A stretch of 64,000 nt of DNA from an uncultured Ruficoccus sp. (lineage in GTDB: Bacteria > Verrucomicrobiota > Verrucomicrobiia > Opitutales > Cerasicoccaceae): positions 256,001 to 320,000 of the forward strand of contig OZ223519.1 in assembly GCA_965140785.1 (NCBI GenBank). The letters are read 5' to 3'. Each line of letters starts with the position of its first letter. The first letter of the stretch is position 1. This document shows, piece by piece, positions 58,024 to 64,000 of the stretch. The notes below the pieces were generated by a model. It searched no databases and had not been told where the DNA came from. It worked only from the letters and a program-made list of their open reading frames with translations. The position numbers were made by a program, and so were the translations under genes.

Positions 58024-58422
58024 ATGGCAGTACACGACACCATCGGAGACTTTCTGACCACGATCCGCAACGCCAACGCTGCGGGTAAGGAAACCTGCAC
58101 GGTCCGCTATTCCAAGCTGCGCGCCGGCATCGCCCAGATCCTGCTGCGCGACGGCTACGTCAGCGACGTACGCGAAGTGGAGGAGGTCAAGGGGCACCGT
58201 AACATTGAAATCACCCTCAAATATGTGGATGACGCCTCGGCGATCGTCGGTATCGAGCGTTTCAGCACGCCGGGCCGCCGCCTCTACGCCAAGTACACGG
58301 ATATTCCCCGTGTCTTGGGTGGCTTGGGCACCTCCATCCTCACCACTTCCAAGGGCATCTTGAGTGACCGTGACGCACGTCGGCAGAAAGTCGGCGGCGA
58401 GGTCATCTGCAAGGTCTGGTAA
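58024..58422 (+). CDS. rpsH: 30S ribosomal protein S8
   Basis: DFLTTIRNA, STPGRRLY, GGEVICKVW. Confidence 0.97.
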   Translation: MAVHDTIGDFLTTIRNANAAGKETCTVRYSKLRAGIAQILLRDGYVSDVREVEEVKGHRNIEITLKYVDDASAIVGIERFSTPGRRLYAKYTDIPRVLGGLGTSILTTSKGILSDRDARRQKVGGEVICKVW

Positions 58423-58428
58423 AACAAG

Positions 58429-58514
58429 TGTTTTTGTGTTTGGTGCCTTGTTCTTTGTTATGAAGCGAGCAGCCAAGCACTAAGAACCAAGCACTAAGCA
58501 CAAAGAACCAATAA
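58429..58514. repeat. Inverted pair of heptamer tandem-repeat arrays
   Basis: Left tgtttttg-tgtttgg-tgccttg-ttctttg; right ccaagca-ctaagaa-ccaagca-ctaagca-caaagaa-ccaataa. Confidence 0.8.
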
Positions 58515-58527
58515 CAGAAATTTCCTC

Positions 58528-59064
58528 ATGAGCAGAATCGGAAAACTCCCGGTAGCCGTCCCCGAAAAGGTCAAAGTGACCGTCAACGGGTCGGAAGTCG
58601 CGGTGGAAGGCCCCAAGGGCAAGCTCTCCAAGACCTTTGAAAGCTGCGTCTCGATCAAGGTCGAAGACGGCAACGTTATCGTTTCTCCCCTGGACGACAG
58701 CCGCCACGCCAACGCCATGTACGGCACCGCCCGTTCCATTATCAATGGCATGGTCGCTGGTGTACAGCAGCCGTACTCCAAGAAGCTGGAGATCGAAGGC
58801 GTCGGTTTTAAGGCTGTCCTCAAGGGCCAGATCCTCGACCTCGCCCTAGGCTACTCGCACGCCATTCTTTACAATGTGCCGGCTGGCATCACCATCACCA
58901 TCGACGGCGGCACCAAGCTGACCGTGGAAGGCTGCGACAAGCAGGTGGTTGGTCAGGTCGCCGCCGACATCAAGGGCTTCAAGCCCGTAGAGCCCTATAA
59001 GGGCAAGGGTGTCCGCATCGTCGGCGAATACGTCCGCCGCAAGGAAGGTAAGAAAACCGCTTAA
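58528..59064 (+). CDS. rplF: 50S ribosomal protein L6
   Basis: MSRIGK, GPKG, EPYKGKG. Confidence 0.98.
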   Translation: MSRIGKLPVAVPEKVKVTVNGSEVAVEGPKGKLSKTFESCVSIKVEDGNVIVSPLDDSRHANAMYGTARSIINGMVAGVQQPYSKKLEIEGVGFKAVLKGQILDLALGYSHAILYNVPAGITITIDGGTKLTVEGCDKQVVGQVAADIKGFKPVEPYKGKGVRIVGEYVRRKEGKKTA

Positions 59065-59075
59065 TCGCACGAGCC

Positions 59076-59438
59076 ATGAAACTTCAGAAGAAACGCGAAC
59101 TGTTGCAAAAGCGCCGCTGGCGCATCCGCAAAACAATCAAAGGTACCGCCGAACGGCCCCGCTTGGTCGTGCGTTTTTCGCACCAGCATGTCTATGCCCA
59201 GTGCATCGACGACGTCGCCGGTCATACCCTTGCCTCCGCTTCGTCCCTGGACAAGGATCAGCGCGAGAATGCGATCAAGCCCAATACCGAAGGCGCCGCC
59301 AAGCTCGGCAAGGCCCTCGGCGAGAAGATCAAGGCCGCCGGTGTCGACAGCGTTGTTTTCGACCGCGCCGGTCGTCGCTATCACGGCTGCGTGAAGGCCT
59401 TCGCCGACGCCGCCCGTGAAGCCGGTCTCAAATTCTAA
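59076..59438 (+). CDS. rplR: 50S ribosomal protein L18
   Basis: [17 protein letters not shown]. Confidence 0.97.
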   Translation: MKLQKKRELLQKRRWRIRKTIKGTAERPRLVVRFSHQHVYAQCIDDVAGHTLASASSLDKDQRENAIKPNTEGAAKLGKALGEKIKAAGVDSVVFDRAGRRYHGCVKAFADAAREAGLKF

Positions 59439-59451
59439 CCTATTTATCAGC

Positions 59452-60129
59452 ATGAGTAATCAGCCCAGCAGCAGCAACCCCTCCCAGCATCAAGGCCGTG
59501 GTGGCCCCGGCGGCCCCAATCGTGGTGGTCCTGGCGGTCCCAACCGTGGTGGACAGGGTCGTGGCGGACCCGGTCGTGGCGGACAAGGCCGTGGCCGTGG
59601 ACCGCGCCGCGAACGTGCTTCCGAACCCGCCGAAGAACAGCAGTTCGTCGAAAAAGTCGTTCACATCAACCGTTGTGCCAAGGTCGTCAAGGGCGGTCGC
59701 CGCTTCAGCTTTGCCGCGCTGGTCGTCTCCGGCGACGGCAAGGGCAAGGTCGGTGTCGGTTACGGCAAGGCCAAGGAAGTTCCCGAAGCCATCCGCAAGG
59801 GCACCGAACGCGCCCGCGCCAACCAGGAAGAGATTCGCCTCAAGGGCCGCACCATCCCGCACGAAGTCCGTGGTGAACACGACGGTGGCGAAGTGATCCT
59901 GCGCCCGGCTTCCGAAGGTACCGGTGTCATCGCCGGTGGCGGCATCCGTGCCGTGCTCGAAGCGGTCGGCATCCATGACGTGCTTTCCAAGTCCCTCGGT
60001 TCCAACAATCCCGGTGCTATGGTCAACGCCACCCTCGACGGCCTGCGCCAACTGCGCACCGCCGAGCAGATTGCCCAGATCAAGCAGGCCGGTACGAAAA
60101 AGGAAGAGCCGGCTGAGACCCTGGCTTAA
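59452..60129 (+). CDS. rpsE: 30S ribosomal protein S5 with an RGG-rich N-terminal extension
   Basis: [22 protein letters not shown] at 59452. Confidence 0.97.
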   Translation: MSNQPSSSNPSQHQGRGGPGGPNRGGPGGPNRGGQGRGGPGRGGQGRGRGPRRERASEPAEEQQFVEKVVHINRCAKVVKGGRRFSFAALVVSGDGKGKVGVGYGKAKEVPEAIRKGTERARANQEEIRLKGRTIPHEVRGEHDGGEVILRPASEGTGVIAGGGIRAVLEAVGIHDVLSKSLGSNNPGAMVNATLDGLRQLRTAEQIAQIKQAGTKKEEPAETLA

Positions 60130-60161
60130 GACATACTCGTTCAAGAGAGGAAATCCTTATC

Positions 60162-60644
60162 ATGAAACTTCATTCCCTGAGCAACAATCCCGGCGCCACC
60201 AAGCGCAAGAAGCGCCGCGGCATCGGGCCCGGCAGCGGTCGTGGTAAAACATCCACCCGCGGCCAAAAGGGCCAGAAAGCCCGCGCCGGCTCCAGCATCC
60301 GTCCCGGTTTCGAAGGCGGTCAGATCCCGTTGTACCGTACGCTCCCGCACCGCGGTTTCAACAACGCTAAATTCCACAAGGAGTACGCTGCGATCAACGT
60401 GAGCGAGCTGGAACAGCTGGAAGCGAGCGAGATCGACGCCGATGTGATGAAAAAGGCGGGCATTCTGCGCCGCAAGGCCGCTCTGGTCAAGGTGCTCGGT
60501 CACGGCGAAATCACCCGTGCGGTCACTGTGACGGCGGACAAGTTTTCCGAAACTGCCAAGCAGAAGATCGAAGCCGCCGGCGGCAAGGTCATCCTGAGCC
60601 AGCCTGAGAAGACTGCGGAGGAAGAATCCGCCAAGGAGGAGTAA
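60162..60644 (+). CDS. rplO: 50S ribosomal protein L15
   Basis: GSGRGKTS, GFEGGQ, KIEAAGG. Confidence 0.97.
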   Translation: MKLHSLSNNPGATKRKKRRGIGPGSGRGKTSTRGQKGQKARAGSSIRPGFEGGQIPLYRTLPHRGFNNAKFHKEYAAINVSELEQLEASEIDADVMKKAGILRRKAALVKVLGHGEITRAVTVTADKFSETAKQKIEAAGGKVILSQPEKTAEEESAKEE

Positions 60645-60684
60645 TCCACCGGGCCTCGGCCTGAGACCCAAACCTGCTGCACCG

Positions 60685-62187
60685 ATGCTCAACGCCTTCC
60701 TCAACTGCTTAAAGATTCCCGAGCTGCGGAGCCGGATTTTCTTCACCTTCGGCATGGTCTTTGTGGCCCGTGTCGGGGCGGCGATCCCGCTGCCGGGGCT
60801 GAACCCGGAACCGCTCCAGAAGTTCTTCGAGTACCAGGCCTCCGCCACCGGCGGGGTTCTTGGTCTTTATAACATGTTCACCGGGGGCGCTCTGCTCAAC
60901 GGGGCCGTGTTCGCGCTGGGCATCATGCCGTACATCAGTGCCTCGATTATTCTTCAGCTCATGGCGGCCGTGGTTCCGACCCTGGCCCGTCTGCAGCAGG
61001 AAGGGGAAATCGGCCGGCAGAAGATCACGCAGTACACCCGCTACCTGACCATCGGGATTGCCCTGGTGCAGGGGTTGCTGCTGAATCTCGCGCTGGTGCG
61101 TTACCCGGACCGGATCTTCCAGGGCTTCGATATCGATAAGTGGGGGGCGATCGTGATGATCGACCCGACCTGGTTCCTCATCACCTCGACCATCTTCCTC
61201 ACCGCCGGTACCATCCTGCTGATGTGGATCGGTGAGCAGATCACCGAAAATGGTATCGGTAACGGGATTTCCCTGCTGATTACGATCGGTATTCTGGCCC
61301 GTTTCCCCAGCGCGGTGCTTTCCGCCTGGCGTCTGGTCACGGCCAAGGCCGGGGCTGAAGCCAGCATGAGCGTCCCCGAAGCTGTGCTGATGCTGATCCT
61401 TTTTGTCGCGGTGGTGGCGGGGATCGTCGCTGTCACCCAGGCGGTACGAAAAATACCCGTCCAGTACGCCAAGCGCGTGGTGGGGCGGAAGGTTTTTGGC
61501 GGCCAGAGCTCGTTTCTGCCTTTAAAGGTGAACTACTCGGGCGTTATGCCGGTCATCTTCGCCAGCGCCATCATGTTGTTCCCGGCGCAGATCCTGAACA
61601 GTCTGGCCGGTGTGTTTAACAGCGAGACTCTGTCTAACATCGCCAACTCTTTCAGCGTGTCGGGCTGGACCTATTACGTGACCGAAGCTGTCCTGATCAT
61701 GGGCTTCAGCTACTTCTGGGTCTCGATCATGTTCAAGCCGATCCAGATCGCCGACGACTTGAAGAAGAACGGCGGCTACATTCCCGGCGTTCGCCCCGGC
61801 GAGCCCACGGCCAAGTTCCTCGACTTCGTCATGACGCGCCTGACCCTGGCCGGTGCCATCTTCCTGACCGTGATCGCGCTCTTCCCGAACCTGATCATGG
61901 CCACCCAGCGTATCCCGCAGAACATCGCCCTGTTCTTTGGCGGTACCGGTACGCTGATCGCCGTCGGTGTCATGCTCGACACCATGCGTCAAATCGAAAC
62001 CTACCTTTTACAGCGGCACTACGACGGCTTCCTCAAGAAGGGCCGCCGCCGCGCGCGCGCCAGCTCGCGCACCCGTCAGCTCGTCGATTCTTCCGAATTG
62101 AAGAACCTGGGAGCCCTGTGGATGCCGCTGGGAATCCTCTTTGCCATCGGCATGATTTGCTGGATTCTGCGCACACAGGCGCTCTAA
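60685..62187 (+). CDS. secY: Preprotein translocase subunit SecY
   Basis: ALGIMPYISASI, GIGNGISL, GVMPVIFA, IPGVRPG, FGGT. Confidence 0.98.
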   Translation: MLNAFLNCLKIPELRSRIFFTFGMVFVARVGAAIPLPGLNPEPLQKFFEYQASATGGVLGLYNMFTGGALLNGAVFALGIMPYISASIILQLMAAVVPTLARLQQEGEIGRQKITQYTRYLTIGIALVQGLLLNLALVRYPDRIFQGFDIDKWGAIVMIDPTWFLITSTIFLTAGTILLMWIGEQITENGIGNGISLLITIGILARFPSAVLSAWRLVTAKAGAEASMSVPEAVLMLILFVAVVAGIVAVTQAVRKIPVQYAKRVVGRKVFGGQSSFLPLKVNYSGVMPVIFASAIMLFPAQILNSLAGVFNSETLSNIANSFSVSGWTYYVTEAVLIMGFSYFWVSIMFKPIQIADDLKKNGGYIPGVRPGEPTAKFLDFVMTRLTLAGAIFLTVIALFPNLIMATQRIPQNIALFFGGTGTLIAVGVMLDTMRQIETYLLQRHYDGFLKKGRRRARASSRTRQLVDSSELKNLGALWMPLGILFAIGMICWILRTQAL

Positions 62188-62193
62188 CGGATC

Positions 62194-62982
62194 ATGTTGC
62201 GCCAAGCCGGATACCAGCCCCCCGTGAAAACCGCGGCAGAAATCCTCGCCATGCGCGAGGCCTGCGCGGTGGCAGCCACGGTCCTGGACAAGCTCTGCGC
62301 GCTGGTCAAGCCCGGTCTCAATACCTATGATCTCGATCAGGAGGGCCGTCGGCTGATCGAAGAGATGGGGGCCGAGAGTTCTTGTTATAATTACTCGCTC
62401 GGGCACAAAGTCTTTCCCGCCTACACCTGCTTGTCGGTTAACGATGAGGTGGTGCATGGCATCGGTTCGCTCAAAACCGTTCTGGCCGAAGGGGACAACA
62501 TCACGGTCGATGTCGTCATCCGCTTCAACGGTTGGATCGGTGACAACGCCCGCACGGTCATCGTGGGGGAGGGGAGCGACGAAATGAAGCGTCTCGTCCG
62601 CGCAACCGAAGAGTCCTTTTACAAAGGACTGGAAATGGCCCGCCCCGGTAAACGGGTGGGGGACATTTCCAACGCCGTCCAGCGCTATGTCGAGGGGCAG
62701 GGGTTTTCGGTGGTGCGTGAGTTTGTCGGCCACGGCGTCGGGGTCGGCATGCACGAGGAGCCGCAGATTCCCAACTACGGACGTCGCAACACGGGCGACC
62801 GGCTGCGCCCCGGCATGACTCTGGCTATCGAGCCCATGGTCAACGCCGGCAAACCTGCCGTCCGGATGTCCAACAATGGCTGGACCGCCCTTACCCGGGA
62901 CGGTAAACCGGCCGCCCATTACGAGCACACTGTGCTCATCACCGAAAATGAGCCGGAAATTTTAACAATTGCGAAAAAATAA
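62194..62982 (+). CDS. map: Methionine aminopeptidase type I
   Basis: SVNDEVVHG, GDNART, GHGVG..MHE, AIEPM, HYEHT. Confidence 0.97.
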   Translation: MLRQAGYQPPVKTAAEILAMREACAVAATVLDKLCALVKPGLNTYDLDQEGRRLIEEMGAESSCYNYSLGHKVFPAYTCLSVNDEVVHGIGSLKTVLAEGDNITVDVVIRFNGWIGDNARTVIVGEGSDEMKRLVRATEESFYKGLEMARPGKRVGDISNAVQRYVEGQGFSVVREFVGHGVGVGMHEEPQIPNYGRRNTGDRLRPGMTLAIEPMVNAGKPAVRMSNNGWTALTRDGKPAAHYEHTVLITENEPEILTIAKK

Positions 62983-63054
62983 CTTTGCAAAGCGGGAATT
63001 TTTGTTAGTCTTCCCGTTTTCCCAAATTCCAGGATCCCTCAACTTTACCATTTT

Positions 63055-63429
63055 ATGCCGCGTTTACTAGGTGTAGATATCCCTGCCAACAAAAAGATCG
63101 AATACTCCCTCCAGTACATTTACGGAGTGGGCCCTCACCGCGCACGCATGTTGTGCGATGAAGCTGGCATCGATCCCAACATTCGCGCCCACGAGCTGAG
63201 TGAAGAAGACCTCAACAAGGTCGTCCACCTGCTCACGCAAAAGGGCTTCAAGGTCGAGGGCGACTTGCGCCGCGAAGTCACCGGCAATCTGAAGCGCCTC
63301 CAGGCCATTCGTTGCTACCGTGGCATCCGTCACCAGCGTGGTCTGCCCGTTCGCGGCCAACGTACTCAAACTAATGCCCGCACCCGCAAGGGCGGCCGCC
63401 GCACTGTCGGCGTCATCAAGAAGAAATAA
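63055..63429 (+). CDS. rpsM: 30S ribosomal protein S13
   Basis: IYGVG, GLPVRGQRTQTNARTRKG. Confidence 0.98.
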   Translation: MPRLLGVDIPANKKIEYSLQYIYGVGPHRARMLCDEAGIDPNIRAHELSEEDLNKVVHLLTQKGFKVEGDLRREVTGNLKRLQAIRCYRGIRHQRGLPVRGQRTQTNARTRKGGRRTVGVIKKK

Positions 63430-63444
63430 CTTTTGGTTCCACCC

Positions 63445-64000
63445 ATGAGCGAAGAAGAAAACAAGCAGGCCGCTCCGGCGGAAGAAAAAGCCCAGCAGGC
63501 CGCCCCCAAGGCGGAAACCGCCGCGACCGAAGCCAAGCCCAAGGCTCCGGCCAAGGAAGAGGCCCCCAAAGCTGAAGCAGCCGAAGGCAAGGAAGGCGAA
63601 GAGTCCCAGGAGGGCGAGGAAAGCAAGTCCTCCCAACCCACCGCGCAGGACCTCCTCTCCGAAGGTCTTGGCGAGGTCAAAATCCGCAAGGCCAAGGGCA
63701 GCAAGAACATCCACAGCGGTGTTTGCCACATTCTGGCCACCTTCAACAACACCAAGGTGACCTTCTCCGACGCCAACGGCAACGTGGTTTCGTGGTCGAG
63801 CTCCGGCAAGTGCAACTTCCGCGGCTCCCGCAAGTCCACCGCTTACGCAGCCCAGGTCGTGACCCAAGACGCCGGCCGCACGGCCATGTCTCACGGACTG
63901 AAGGAAGTCTCCGTCAAGGTCAAGGGTCCCGGCATGGGCCGTGACTCGGCCATCCGCGCCCTCCAGTCCCTCGGGCTGAACGTTCTCTCGATCGAGGACG
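63445..64000 (+). CDS. rpsK: 30S ribosomal protein S11 with a long acidic N-terminal extension (3' truncated by the window)
   Basis: Own translation from ATG 63445: MSEEENKQAAPAEEK...HILATFNNT...RGSRKSTAYAAQ...KGPGMGR. Not in the ORF track because no stop lies inside the window. Confidence 0.95.
   Translation, partial: MSEEENKQAAPAEEKAQQAAPKAETAATEAKPKAPAKEEAPKAEAAEGKEGEESQEGEESKSSQPTAQDLLSEGLGEVKIRKAKGSKNIHSGVCHILATFNNTKVTFSDANGNVVSWSSSGKCNFRGSRKSTAYAAQVVTQDAGRTAMSHGLKEVSVKVKGPGMGRDSAIRALQSLGLNVLSIED

Noticed and set aside
58429..58514. Repeats as a CRISPR array
   Set aside because: Units are 7 bp and contiguous, with no spacers and no cas genes.

Overview
High-GC core-genome window from a Verrucomicrobiota bacterium, most consistent with Opitutales/Puniceicoccaceae. 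That placement is inferred from the MurC-MurB fusion, the LysM gene between murD and ftsW, the PVC-type EF-Tu switch I, the presence of ftsZ and the lack of rpmD in the spc cluster. In order, the window holds: an oxidative-stress locus (ankyrin-katA divergent from oxyR, with a near-perfect OxyR box); an accessory stretch (nucleotidyltransferase, a microbial-rhodopsin-like 7TM protein lacking the retinal-binding lysine, SDR, porin, palindromic elements); nadK-tlyA; a complete dcw cluster (mraZ to ftsZ); fur, hspQ, cvpA-like, DUF2721 and lysS; and the tRNA-Thr/tuf/tRNA-Trp/secE/nusG/rplKAJL/rpoBC/str/S10/spc superoperon up to a partial rpsK. The most notable items are the Lys-less opsin homolog, a secreted non-ribosomal protein inside the S10 operon, a one-base frameshift in tuf, a structured element/small ORF between mraZ and rsmH, candidate RNA structures in r-protein spacers and a heptamer repeat family. 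All calls come from reading the sequence; no database searches were run.
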